DNA of 64,000 nt from contig NW_003314412.1 of assembly GCF_000143415.4 (NCBI RefSeq), positions 186,494 through 250,493 on the forward strand, given 5' to 3'. Shown in pieces: positions 40,135 to 52,539 of the stretch. The position numbers were made by a program, and so were the translations under genes. Each line of letters begins with the position of its first letter. Positions within the stretch are counted from its first letter, which is position 1. Under the pieces are notes generated by a model. It searched no databases and was not told where the DNA came from. It was given only the letters and a program-made list of their open reading frames with translations. This DNA comes from Selaginella moellendorffii (Eukaryota > Plantae > Lycopodiophyta).

Positions 40135-40254
40135 AGCTCAAGATCCTCAAAGCATTGCCCTGGCGATAAACCCTAGAAAAGATTTCTAGGGCTTGTTGGT
40201 TTTTACCCTTTGAAAATAGTCAAACATTTTAAACGCTCCTATTAGGGTTTTAGC

Positions 40255-41059
40255 ATGGCGTGCCATAGGGTTTCGTCGTTCGTCGCCCTGGGAGGCGCAT
40301 TGGGGGGCCGCCATGGAGTTCCATCGCAGGTCAGTCGGAAACTCTTACTCCATCGACCGCGCATGCTTGTTTTGCTGCTCGATTCCTCCTAGATTTTGAG
40401 ATATTTCACGCGAGCCTCACAATTTCTCGCCTCGAGCTCCCTTTGCATTTCTTACTGACCGCTCGACTGTGCAGGATCACATCTTCTTCCCTTGCTCCAC
40501 CGCTCAATCCAGGCCCCGGAGCTTCGCCGGCTCCAAGAATCCCCGAAAATCTCCCTGCTGCTTCGCTCAGGCGGCGCAGCTCGAGGCCCTGGGCATCACC
40601 GAGACGGGGAAGTTCTCCATGAGCGACGACGATCTCTCCTCGCGGGGATTCCAGCTCCACAGGTCGCTCGACAACATCAACCTCGACGATCTCAACGCGC
40701 TCTTCGTCAAGGTGGGCTTCCCTCGTCGCCAAAACGAGAAGCTTTTACGTGCTTTGGAACACACAGGGACCATGCTGTGGGTCACAAAGGCTGGCAGCGT
40801 CATAGCTTTCGCCAGGGCCACGGGCGACGACGTCTTTAACGCGATCATCTGGGACGTGGTGGTGGATCCAGCGTTCCAAGGGATTGGTCTGGGAAAAGCA
40901 GTGATGGAGAGGCTCATGGCCGACTTGACAAGGAAGGGAATCACCAACATCGTTCTCTATGCCGAGCCCAACGTTTTGGGATTCTACAAGCCGCTGGGAT
41001 TCGTCGTGGACCCGGATGGGATTCGTGCGATGTCCCTGAGTCGCAGACGAAGAGCATAG
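40255..41059 (+). CDS. Plastid GNAT acetyltransferase (SNAT/GNAT1-2-like), 2 exons
   Basis: Exon 1 40255-40329 in phase with exon 2 from 40475; FARATGDDVFNAIIWDVVVDPAFQGIGLGKAVMERL..LYAEP. Confidence 0.9.
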
Positions 41060-41740
41060 GTCACCGGTAAGAAAAGGAAAACTCTTTTTAGTTTTGTAAG
41101 ATCGGTTGTTCTCTACTGACAAATGGTGTGGCTGTTTGCAGTGCTCGAGAACTTGGCATTACTGGGCTTGCAAACTTATGGTACGTGTTCAAGGATTGCA
41201 AAGCTGTCATTCTTGAGTTTTTCTTGCTCGGGACGTGATGTTGTAGTAAAAGGTCTGAGGACAGGTTTATCCTAGAGTGTCTAGGAAGTGGCCAAGTTGG
41301 ATGGAGGACAGCTTTTGGAAATGCTCGAGTTTAGTATTTCACTATTGCAAGTCCTCCACAGTTTTATCTTGTTTAATTGCAGAAGGTTGAGAAAAAGGCG
41401 CAGGCTGCTGGTAAAGATTAACCAGACGGCCTAGACTTTGCCTTCCACATTCTACTCGACTTTTGGCTTGCCTTGCACTTTGATGGATTGCTGTATCCTG
41501 TGACGCCTATCCTGACTGATCCCATCCTTTTCTTCTTTTTACTTTTTGTTTATTCCTTGTGTGTGTGTGTGTGTGCTGTTCTTTTTATATGTCTGTTCGT
41601 GTTGACGTGATGTACATTCTGTGATCATGGCACGATCATGCCGTATGACTTACAGGACATGTTCGGCAGAACCGTATAAAAGGAGCAGTCTTGCATGAAG
41701 TTGCATATCCAAGTTTTGGATTGCTTCCTCTCTCCTAGCT

Positions 41741-43012
41741 ATGGCTCGCTTGGTTGTGTTTGGATTGCTCGCGGCAACTTTGTTTCTGTGCTTTCTAGCA
41801 GAAGCTCAAGCCGACGGATACGACTACAAGCCCGATGATAAGAAGGTTGCGTACAAGGAGGAGCCGAAGAAGGACGAGGAAGTGAAGAAGCCAGTGTACA
41901 AGCCAGAGGAGGAGAAGAAGTACAAGCCAGAGGAGGAGAAGCAGTACAAGCCAGTCTACAGGGCCGAGGATGAGAAGAAGTACAAGCCAGTCTACAAGGA
42001 CGAGGATGGGAAGAAGTATGATGAAGACGACAACGATGACAAGGAGAACTACAAATACAAGCCACGCTACGAGGCCGATGACAACGACGACAACGAAGAT
42101 GATGAGGACGAGGAGTACTACAAGTTCAAGGCACACTTCAAGGCCGGTTACGGGCACAAGAAGTACAAGCCATACAGGTACAAGGCTGACGATGACGATG
42201 ATGAGGACGAGGACGAGAAGCCACACTACTACAAGGCTGATGACGACGATGAGGAGGAGAAGAAATACAAGCCGCGCTACTACAAGGCCAAGCCATACTA
42301 CAAGGGCAAGCCATACTACAAGGCTGACGACGAGAAGAGGTACAGACCAGGCTACAAGGCTGAGGAGAAAAAGAAGTACAAGGCCGACGACGAGAAGAAA
42401 TACAAGCCTGTTTACAAGCCGGTTTACAAGCCTGCAGAGAAGCCCGCTGAGAAGCCAGTTTACAAGCCAGCTGAGAAGCCGGTTTACAAGCCAGTGGAGA
42501 AGCCCGCGGAGAAGCCAGCTGAGAAGCCAGTTTACAAGCCAGTGGAGAAGCCCGCGGAGAAGCCAGTTTACAAGCCATCGCCAGCGTACCAAAAGGTTGC
42601 TATCGAAGGTTTTGTTTACTGCCAAGATGGTTACTCCAAGAAGCCACTCGAAGGTATGCGTTTTTATTTCTCTTCACATCCTTTTTCCTTTTTCCGGTTA
42701 TAATGTTTGATTCCAGGGGCTGTTGTCGGTTTGACATGCACCAAGAGCAAAGCTTATAAGGAGCAAAAGACCAACGCGTATGGCTACTTTTACTTTCCTC
42801 TCAGCTATGGCGCTTACAAGGACATTGACGTGACAACGCTCAAGGTGAGCTTGGTTTCGTCCCCGAGCAAGAGCTGCAGCGTCATCACCAATCTCAACAA
42901 TGGCAAATCTGGGGCCGTGGTTGACAAGAGCAAAAGCAAGACTGTTGGCGAAACTCTCATCTATGGTGTCGGGCCCTTCGCGTTTGCTCCTGTGGAGTAC
43001 TACCATTATTAA
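41741..43012 (+). CDS. Secreted Tyr/Lys/acidic repeat protein with C-terminal Pollen Ole e 1 domain
   Basis: Signal peptide; KPVYKP/KKYKP repeats and Asp-rich tracts; [13 protein letters not shown]|[24 protein letters not shown]; intron 42654-42716. Confidence 0.88.
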
Positions 43013-43626
43013 CTTCGATCGATTGTTAGAAATTTTTTTTCTCAAATTTCTTAATAAAAAAGTCTTTCGAGATTATTTAAAACTTTCTTCTTACGTGGCG
43101 AAATGTTTCGCCCAATTGCCAAATTCAATGAATTATTTTTGGCATAAATTACATTCCATTTCAAAATAAATCCCAGGTTCCTGTCTTAAAAACGGAAATG
43201 AAAGCATATGCTAAAATATACTAGAATAATAAATAATGTCAGAACATTTGTTGTCCATGGCCAACTAAGAAGCAACTAAATTGAACAAACTCTTACTGTT
43301 GAAATTAGTGCTGAAATCTAAAAAATTAAAATGAAAGCATATGCTAAAATATACTAGAATAATAAATAATGTCAGAAGAAGCAACTAAATTAAACCAACT
43401 CTTACTATAAACCAGGTCAGAAATGTCATGCTTAGTGCTTACGTTCTCTCACGTTGTTCGTCATGTCATGTCCAAGCACAAAGATCAATCCAGGTTGTAA
43501 CGTCGTCGAGGATAGATCGTATAAGAAGCCGCATTCTCGTTGCGAATTGCAAGCATCAATCAACTGTCTCCTCTAGACTAGAAATCATCATTCAGAGAAA
43601 AGTTTAGAATCATAGTAGTAGCTGCC

Positions 43627-44888
43627 ATGGCTCGCATCTTCCTTTGCGGCTTGCTAGCCGCAGCCATGCTCTTGTGCATGCTCGCAGGAGCCCAAGCCGA
43701 TGGATCATACGACTACAAGAAGCCATCCTACAAGGCCGATGAGGAGAAGTCCAAGCCAGCCTACAAGCCACAAGAGGAGAAGAAATACAAGCCCGAGGAC
43801 AACTACAAGCCCAAGGAGTACAAAGCCGAGGAGGAGAAGAAGTACAAGCCCAAGGAGGACGAGAAGAAGAGCTACAAGCCGGAAGAGGAGAAGAAGTACA
43901 AGGCCGAGGAAGAAAAGAAGTACAAGGACGAAAAGAAGAGCTACAAGTCCGAAGAGGAGAAGAAGAGCTACAAGCCCGAGGAGGAGAAGAAATACAAGGA
44001 CGAGAAGAAGAGCTACAAGCCCGAAGAAGAGAAGAAGTACGAGGAGAAGAAGAGCTACAAGCCGGAAGAGGAGAAGAAGTACAAGGACGAGAAGAAGAGT
44101 TACAAGTCCGAAGAGGAGAAGAAGAGTTACAAGCCCGAGGAGGAGAAGAAGTACAAGGACGAGAAAAAGAGCTACAAGCCCGAAGAGGAGAAGGAGAGCT
44201 ACAAGCCCGAGGAGGAGAAGAAGTACCAGGACGAGAAGAAGAGCTACAAGCCCGAAGAAGGGAAGTACAAGGAGGAGAAGAAGAGCTACAAGCCCGAAGA
44301 GGAGAAGAAGTACAAGGAGGAGAAGCCGGCTTACAAGCCCGTGGAGAAACCCTCATACAAGAAAGTTGACGACGATAAGAAGTACAAGAAGGTCGAGGAA
44401 GAGGAGAAGAAGCCATTCTACACTCCAAAACCAGCTTACAAGCGCGTCGCAATTGAAGGCTACGTCAATTGCCAAGATGGCTACTCCAAGAAGCCACTCG
44501 AAGGTATAATCTTTCACCTTAGATCTCTAGATCTCTCGAAGTTTTCATCTTGTTTTGATCTCGGGAGTGTTTTCCAGGTGCTGTTGTGAGCCTGAGCTGT
44601 GCCAAGAGCGACGCCCCCCTGCAAGAGAAAACCAACGCGTATGGATACTTCTACTTCCCACTGGGCTATGGCGCGTACAAGGAAGTGGAAGTGGAAACCA
44701 TCACAGTGAAATTGGCTTCCTCCTCGAGCAAGAACTGCTACATTGCCACCAATGTAAACAATGGCAAATCCGGCGCCAAGATCGACAAGAGCAAGAGCAA
44801 AATCATCGGTGAGACTCTCGTCTATGAGGTCGGCCCCTTCGCTTTCGCTCCAGCGATACCAGCTTACAAATCGCCCTACCACGCTTGA
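43627..44888 (+). CDS. Secreted [12 protein letters not shown]-repeat protein with Pollen Ole e 1 domain (tandem paralog)
   Basis: Signal peptide; repeats; same intron position and Ole e 1 domain as the upstream gene. Confidence 0.88.
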
Positions 44889-44989
44889 CGCCCCAATTCT
44901 TTGGTCTTGCATAGAGGAATAAAAGCGGGAAAACATTTTTAAGCTTGGATCTCTGTTTTTAGGGTTCTTGATGGACAGAGAGTGCGCGG

Positions 44990-46819
44990 CGCTCGTGGGA
45001 TAGTGCACGAATCTCGCGCAGGCCCGCGACGCGCACTCGCGCATCGCTCAGCGGCTGGGAATCCCCAACGACCCATTCGTGTCGAATCTCCTCGTCCGGA
45101 TGTACGCGATGCGGCAGCTCCGTCTTTCAATTCGATCGAGCCCAAGCACGTCTTCTCGTGGAATCTTGCTGGGCGCTTTCGCCAGCAAATTGATCTCTTC
45201 CAGATCTCTTCGATTCTATGCCCCAGAAGGATCTCGTCTCGTGAAATTCCATGATCACCGCATTCTCGCGCGCTCGCTTCTTAGACGAAGTCTCTGTTTC
45301 CTCGCATAGGGACCTCGAATATACTAAGAATCTCTTGCCGATGCTGGTGGCATATTCCCGCCCGGGGCTGAACGGCTGACTTGCTGACGTGGGTTCGCCC
45401 AGACATGGCATCTGGAAGATGCTGAAGTTTCACCAGCATATTCCCAAAAAGGGCATCTTTTGGAGTTTGACGAAAGCATCTTGGACAAGGATCTTGTGAC
45501 GTATGCTGTCTGCTTATAACTTTAATGGAAATTTAGAAGAAGCTAAGTTAATGCCACAGAAGAACCTGGTGACCTGGAATGCCATGCTGGCTGCATATAC
45601 CTTGACCGGGCATCTGGCCCAAGCGTCACCTATTTTTGAGAATATGCCAGCTAGGAACGTAGTCTCTTGGATCAGCATTATTGCCGCGTACGGTGAATGT
45701 GGAAATATTCTTCAAGCTTGATTCCATGCCCCAAAAGGATCTAATTGTATGGAATGCAATGCTTGCGGAATGGGTATCTGGAAGAATGCCTCATGCAGAT
45801 CTAGTTTCGTACACAACAATACTAGAGAGTTTGGTGGTGTTTTCAGTGCAATAGAAATATACAGTGGACGTCACATGTTGGACGTCGCTACTAATGGCAT
45901 ATTCCCAGAACGGAGATGCTAAGGTGTTATTTTGACTGGCGAAACCCCATGCTAGCGGCATATACCCAAAGAGGCATTTGGACGAGGCTAAAATACTTTG
46001 ACAAAATGGAGCGGTGGGATATCTACAATGCTGACTGGATATTCCCAGAATGGCTATCTGGAACACGCAAGGTATCGATACTTTGGAGGCCATGCCATAT
46101 TACAATGCGGTGACTTGGACCACCCTTCTTGTGGCATATGCCCAAAGAGGGATCTGGAAGAAATTACAACATTCTCTTTGACAAGATGGAGGAAAAGAGC
46201 CTCCTGTCATGCAATGCGATGCTCTCGATATATTCCCAAGTTGGACATCTTACAGAGAGGCGGAGTGGGTTTATAAATCAATCCAAGAGAAGAACTTTGT
46301 CTCATGGAATGCGATGCTTTCGGCTTACTCTCAGAGAGGGAATCTTTCCAAGGCTATACTCCTCTTTGACAGGATGCCGGAACGAGGCCCAGTTTCATGG
46401 ACAGCTCTCTTGCAATGTATTCTCCCAACGGAAAACATTCTAAGAACCTAGACTTATTCAAATCCATGCAAGTTGACGGTGTTAAGAGTGTTCTAGCGGG
46501 ATCGAGCCATGTTAGTGATGTTCCTGTCAGATGCTCGACTTTTCAATCGCTCTGTCTGGATTTCGAGATGATCCCGAGCAAGCAGAAGTATGGATGCATG
46601 GCAGGATTGTTCTGCCGAGCTGGGAGAATCAGGGATGCTCGAGATCTCGTCTCGAGTGCTCCATTTGTTCCAGACGAAGTAGACTGGATAAGCTTGCTCG
46701 GGAATCAGAAGAGTTTGCGAGAAAAAATTGGTGTTCAAGCGGTGGAGCAAGCTCTGGCATTGGATTCAGACTTAACAGCGCCATTTGTCTTGCTGTCACC
46801 ACCTTTTAAAGCACTTTGA
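44990..46819 (+). pseudogene. Frameshifted PLS-class PPR gene relic
   Basis: Repeated MP.(K/R)NLVTWNAML.AY motifs in shifting frames; E-domain-like YGCMAGLFCRAGRI..PFVPD.V.W.SLLG. Confidence 0.8.
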
Positions 46820-47145
46820 TGGTATTTAGACTTTCTCAGGTAGGATCTATTTTGTAAGAAAACAGTAATTGCGGTTTGGAAAGAAAATTCTCTTGGGAGC
46901 TTTCGTATATAATTAGAGAAATTGTCTACCATCTCTGGAGCGTTTCTCAAAACCTGAGGACAACACTCAAAACTTGGCAGTATTTGTACCAGATAGAGAT
47001 TGACAGGGTCACGGGACACAATCCAGGACGTGTTTGTTCAAACCGAAATTCATATATAAAAGTCAGCCGAAGAACACATTGCCCAAAACAAGCAAAGAGT
47101 CATAGCTTTTCAAGCTATTCCTTCTATAGAGCTACTTAAAAAACC

Positions 47146-48292
47146 ATGGCTTCCATGCTTTCGAGCGATCGAATCTTGATGCTTTGCATGGTTTTGCCTT
47201 CATTCAGCTTCAAGGGAGCTTTGTCACACTCGATTGGATTTGGACACAGCTACGCACAAACTTGTCCCGATGCTGAGCGGATCATCCGCGACACGATCTG
47301 CGATTACGCCAATCGCGATCCAACAGTCCCGGCGGGACTGATACGCTTGCACTTTCACGACTGCTTCGTTAACGTACACTCCGGTATAGATAAGTTATAC
47401 AATGTTCTTGGATTTGTGCGACGCCTCTATCCTTCTCGACTCAACTCCAACAGATATCCTCCAAACAACAATTCAGCGCAGGGATTCGAAGTTATTGACG
47501 ATGCAAAGAGAAGATTGGAGAAAGCCTGTCCTGGAGTGGTGTCGTGTGCAATTGCCATCGCCGCCAGGGATTCGACAGTCAAGCTTTGATCGTTTTTGTG
47601 TCAAGTGATTGAAAGCACTGAATTTTTCCTCTCGAATGATCATATGATATTTTAGATGGAAGGCCGGCACTATGAAGTAGTCACTGGGCGCTACGATGGA
47701 AGAGTGTCAAGCTTCGATCTGGCAAGCACAACACTGCCAGGTCCCTCGTTCGATGCTGCAGCTCTCATTGAAAACTTCAATAATTGAAAGCTTGTCCATT
47801 CAAGATCTCGTTGTTCTATCAGGTTGGATAAATTAAACTATCTTAACAAATTCTTACACAAATTCTTGGCAGGAGCTCACACAGTTGGGGCCTCCAAGTG
47901 TTTTACTTTCGCCAACGGCCGATTTGATCGCATATACAGCTTCAAAAACACCAGCATGCAAGATGAAACTGTGAATCCCGAGTATTTGGCATATCTCCGG
48001 AGATTTCACCGCGAACACAGTCGAGTTTGACAGGGGCTCCCAGTTTAATTTCGACAACTGGTACTTCAAGAACTTGGAGAAGAGGAATGATCTTCTCACC
48101 TCTGACCAGGACCTCTTTGAGAGTCAATTCACGAGTGGACTGGTGAAGTTTTACGGGAACAATCCCGATAAGTTTGCCCGGGACTTCGGGCAGTCCATGA
48201 TCAAGATAAGAAACATTGGGTGGAAGACGAGAGAAAATGGAGAGATCAAGAGGGTGTGTAATGTAGTAAACAGCGACTCGTATTCACAGTAA
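47146..48292 (+). pseudogene. Class III secretory peroxidase, probably disabled
   Basis: LIRLHFHDCFV, CPGVVSCA, GAHTVG, FDNWYF, LLTSDQDL. The first acceptor AG appears lost; small deletions and a TGA near 47785. Confidence 0.8.
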
Positions 48293-48339
48293 GTTTGATC
48301 AGTTGAAAATCAGTTGTTGTATGTCATTTTAAATTGATA

Positions 48340-48421
48340 TAGAATCTTCTGGAATATCACTTTTCTAGAATATTCTAGGATGAAATGGAACACTCTAGAG
48401 TTGTCCATAGCTCTGTATAAA
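48340..48421 (+). promoter_or_regulatory. Heat-shock elements and TATA box of the sHSP gene
   Basis: GAAtcTTCtgGAA and TTCtaGAAtaTTC arrays; TATAAA at ~48416. Confidence 0.8.
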
Positions 48422-48490
48422 CGTGGAGCAGTCTCTTGGCCTGAGCATCGAAAAGTTACAAATTTCTTCTTCGTCTTCTAAGTTCCAGAC

Positions 48491-48937
48491 ATGGCTTTGC
48501 ATTTCTATGGTGGCAATGGCAGCAGCATCTTCGATCCCTTCGAGGAGCTCTCGTCGATCTTGGCTGGTGGCCACGAGCCCTCGAAGCAGATGGCCAGGGA
48601 TGCGAGCGCCGTCGCCAACACTCGCGTGGATTGGCTCGAGACGCCCGAAGCGCACGTCTTCAAGGCCGATCTCCCGGGGCTGACCAAGGAGGAGGTAAAG
48701 ATCAGCGTGGAGGATGGCCGCACTCTCCAGATCAGTGGCGAGAGGAAGAAGCACGAGGCACAGAAGAGCGATAAGTGGCACCGCGTGGAGCGCAGCTATG
48801 GGAGCTTCCTGAGGAAATTCCGGCTGCCCGAGAGCGCCAATGTGAATGCGATCAAAGCCCAAGTGGAGAACGGCGTCCTCACGGTCACAGTTCCAAAGAT
48901 CCCCAAGCCACAGCCAAGAACTATCCAAGTAGAGTAG
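48491..48937 (+). CDS. Cytosolic class I small heat shock protein (HSP17/18-like)
   Basis: [58 protein letters not shown]. Confidence 0.95.
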   Translation: MALHFYGGNGSSIFDPFEELSSILAGGHEPSKQMARDASAVANTRVDWLETPEAHVFKADLPGLTKEEVKISVEDGRTLQISGERKKHEAQKSDKWHRVERSYGSFLRKFRLPESANVNAIKAQVENGVLTVTVPKIPKPQPRTIQVE

Positions 48938-49226
48938 AAGTGTGATCTTGTAAATTTGAGAAAGAGAATGGGAAAAGTCAAATAAAGAGCCCCCTTTTCT
49001 TACACTCGATGACGTCCCTGTTGATGGTCTTTCCGTTTGTTAGAAAACAGCTATCTTGAGTGGTCTAAGGGGGGATACCTGCATTCCAATTCGAACCCAA
49101 CTTAACTTTCCCATTTATTTATAACTGAACGTGTAGATCATGGGGACGTTCATTGTCTTTGTAAGATCGTGACCATGTCCTTCAAGACCTTTAAAAGCGT
49201 CATGTATGAGAACCACATTTTAAGCC

Positions 49227-49785
49227 ATGGAGAGATCAAATGCAACACCACTTTTCTTGCTGGTGCTAGTAGCTTTGTCCTCTTTGGCACAAGCAGAGTA
49301 CAAGCTTGGAATTCCTCTCCAAAAGTATAGCCACAGTTCTTCTCAATATGAGAAGCCCGCAGCATACAAACAGGTAGCAATAGAAGGCTTCGTCTACTGC
49401 CATGGGAGCCAGAGAAAACCTCTAGAAGGTTTGTTTAAAGTTTGTTGTCATGATAGACTTCGATCTTCCTCTTCCAGGGGCTGCCGTGGGAGCCGTGTCA
49501 TCGGAGAGCAATCGCTACGTCGGAGCCAAGACAAATTCTTATGGCTACTTCTACATTCCTCTCAACTATGACAGGCCCAAGAAGCCCGTGAATCCAAAAT
49601 CCTGGAGAGTTTTCCTTGTCTCCTCCCCGGATCAAACTTGCAGTGTCAAAACCAACACTGGAAATGGCAAAACGGGAGCTTTTCTAGCTCGCAGCAAGTC
49701 ATTTTCAGATCGCATCCTTTACACCGTTGGCCCATTCGAGTTTATGCCATTGCCTCCAGGGTACACACAATCCCCCAACTATTGA
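49227..49785 (+). CDS. Short Pollen Ole e 1 domain protein, 2 exons
   Basis: Signal peptide; [13 protein letters not shown]|AAVG..KTNSYGYF..VSSP..C..VGPF. Confidence 0.8.
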
Positions 49786-50015
49786 CGTGTTGTGTAGAAT
49801 CGTTGATACTCAAGCAAGTGAATGAACGCTTGTCATTTTATTAATAACATTGTATGACTTTTATTTTGTTTTTACGAATTTATTTCTTAGAGCGTCAATT
49901 TCTTTTTTGGATATTAGATGGATATTCGATTCTTAAATGATTGTTTTGATTTCTAAATTGTTTATGTACTATCTGTTCCATATAAACTGCTGAAAGAATT
50001 AGAGAAAGCCTAGAC

Positions 50016-50900
50016 ATGCAGACAAAAGTATTTATCTTCGCATTCCTATTTATAAATTTGTGCTTTAGCATTAGAAGGCGTTACCAATATCCAAATGCAA
50101 TTAGTTTGGTTTTGAGGCAAACTGTTATAATGGAAGAAGTTTTTAAACTTCTTAGGGACGTTAGCCAGGTAGAATTTGATTATTATGGAGGATTTTCATA
50201 TGGCACTCTATTAAAACTTGAAGATGGAAGGATCATGAGTGTAGATATTGGATGGTTAAATTCTCAAAGAAAATGGTATTCTTTTGATATGTGTAATATC
50301 TTTCCAAATTGGGGGTTTACTACTACTGGTGCAGCACTAGCATCTGAAATGATGACAATAGTGAAGAAATATGTAGTAACTGATCAAGTAACTTATGGTT
50401 CTGCTAAATATACAGCGGGGAGATACATGATTTCATATGTTATTGATGATCCAAGTCATGAAAATATTAAAAGCTTATCAAATTTCTCTAGTCAAACTAA
50501 AATAGTTGAGGTTGTGGAACATGATTGTGACTTGTATAAAACATGTATTCAAAGCGGTCCAATATATACAAGTTTTTCTAAGCTTACTGCTGGGAATTAT
50601 CTCCAATCCTTAAATACATTTTACACTGTGCACATGCAACATGACTGCAGATTAGTCATTTACCATGGTCCAGAAGAATTATGGGGCACGAAAACTCAAA
50701 ACAAAGGTAATGGTTGCTATCTTCAGATGCAAAAAGATTGCAACTTAGTGATATATGATGAACATGGAAATGTTGTGTGGACATATAATATTTATTGGAC
50801 AAATAAGTGGCTTCCTTGTGCATTTTGTATAGAGGATGATGGATTTGTTGCAGTTTATAACACTCAAGAGCAAATTAATATATGGAGATCAGATAATTAA
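50016..50900 (+). CDS. Secreted protein: unrecognised N-terminal domain + bulb-type (GNA) mannose-binding lectin domain
   Basis: Hydrophobic N-terminus; QHDCRLVIY, QKDCNLVIY and EDDGFVAVY match QxDxNxVxY; intronless and AT-rich. Confidence 0.8.
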   Translation: MQTKVFIFAFLFINLCFSIRRRYQYPNAISLVLRQTVIMEEVFKLLRDVSQVEFDYYGGFSYGTLLKLEDGRIMSVDIGWLNSQRKWYSFDMCNIFPNWGFTTTGAALASEMMTIVKKYVVTDQVTYGSAKYTAGRYMISYVIDDPSHENIKSLSNFSSQTKIVEVVEHDCDLYKTCIQSGPIYTSFSKLTAGNYLQSLNTFYTVHMQHDCRLVIYHGPEELWGTKTQNKGNGCYLQMQKDCNLVIYDEHGNVVWTYNIYWTNKWLPCAFCIEDDGFVAVYNTQEQINIWRSDN

Positions 50901-51066
50901 TCTTAATAGTTTATATGCTTATTTTTCTTAATTATATTTATAATAAAAAATTCCTCTAGAAATCTTACTATAAAGCTTAGGAATAGTGTTACTAGACAAA
51001 AAAATGCTAGAGGTGTTCTTTTCTTGAACAATTAAAATCCATGGTTGGAAATCTATGGTGGCAAGC

Positions 51067-51786
51067 TGTAGCGCATGTGATCATGGGATGAGATTTGGAT
51101 ATACTGTCATTGTGGATCCTTGGAACCTTGGGAGATAAATGGCTTTTCTCCATTTTGGTTAGTTGGCTTAAGGGGAGAGAGATAAGGTGCGCTACAGTTG
51201 GTATCGGAGCAAATGGCACGGGTTCGATTCCCATTGATTAGTGTTAGTCAATAGTCAATGAGGACATTGACATCTCTGAAGGGGGGGTGAGTGCATCCAC
51301 CGTGGGACTGCGGTACGGGTCGATGACTAGTTGCCTCACATGGAATAGCTGGTCTACACAATGGAAGGATTGGAAGGATTGGTAGATTGAGTGCGGAAAT
51401 GGAGGTGTTGATTCCCCTTGGCTCAGTAGGGGTTGTTAGTCAATAGTCAATGAGGACATTGACATCTCTGAAGGGGGGGTGAGTGTAGCGCATGTGTCTC
51501 TAAAGGGGGGGTGAGTGTAGCGCATGTGATCATGGGATGAGATTTGAATATACTGTCACTGTGGAACCTTGGGAGATAAAATAGCCACTAAGGGCTCTCT
51601 CATCAAACAATTACCCCTTTTCCAGTTGGCTTAAGAGGTGAGTGTAGCGCATGTGATCATGGGATGAGATTTGAATATACTGTCACCGTGGAACCTTGGG
51701 AGATAAAATAGCCACTAAGGGCTCTCTCATCAAGCAATTGCCCCTTTTCCAGTTGGCTTAAGGGGAGAGAGATAAGGTGCGTTACA
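51067..51786 (+). mobile_element. TRIM (miniature non-autonomous LTR retrotransposon) with reiterated 3' LTR
   Basis: TSD CAAGC at 51062-51066 and 51787-51791; 5' LTR TGTAGC..CTACA at 51067-51196; Met-tRNA-type PBS TGGTATCGGAGC; PPT AAGGGGGGGTGAG; LTR starts repeated at ~51484, ~51515 and ~51643. Confidence 0.88.
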
Positions 51787-52539
51787 CAAGCTCCATATGG
51801 AGCAGATGAGACTATAACATAGAAGTTTGGATGGATATAATCCAAAGAATAGTTTCATCTCTTTTAGCTAGATAGTGAATCTAGTGGAAAATACAAATTC
51901 TCAAGGTCTAGCAAGATAGAATGGATCTTGCTATGAAATTTACTCTTCATCAACACTAATTTTGTCAATAGAAGCAGCGCTCAAAGATTGCCAAGATTTT
52001 TAATGAGTTATATAACTTATATAGAGTATAGGCTACTATTCTTCACATGGGGTGATTCCAATGTGTGTGTGTGGGTTCCAACCCTATAGCCATCAAATTA
52101 AATAATATCATCTTTGTTTGTCACTTCTAAATTTCTACATTTTGAACTGATAAAACTAAGGAAAGACAACCATGTAGATCATTTTAAGTTGTGACTTTGT
52201 GCCACAACATACAAACAAAGAGATTGCCATAGACACAAAGAGAAGTTAAATTTTGTAAATTCTCTTCCCAAGAGGGTGCTGTGGCAGCTATGTCCCTCAA
52301 GAGCAATGACTCTATTACAAATATCCGTGCATTCTTCCCAACTATACAAACCTATGAATTCAACATCCTAGAGAGTTTTTCTTGTGTCCTTAGATTAAGT
52401 TTGCAATGTCAATACCAACAGTAGACAGGATTGCAACAAGTCATGTCCTGAATGCATCCTCTTAGACTGCTATATAAAATCTGCATAATAATAAATTCTA
52501 TTCAGCTTATAACATCCTTAATAATTTTTATTTATTCCA

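Noticed and set aside
43196-43410. ~100 bp local tandem duplication between the Ole e 1 genes
   Set aside because: Ordinary intergenic duplication with no TE hallmarks.
41795-44509. Long antisense and alternate-frame ORFs (Leu/Val-, Arg/Thr- and Ser/Cys-rich)
   Set aside because: Shadows of the repetitive Lys/Glu/Tyr coding sequence.
51067-51196. Cassandra (5S-bearing) TRIM identity
   Set aside because: No recognisable 5S rRNA core in the LTR.
51215-51235. tRNA gene
   Set aside because: Only a T-arm-like motif; no cloverleaf could be built.
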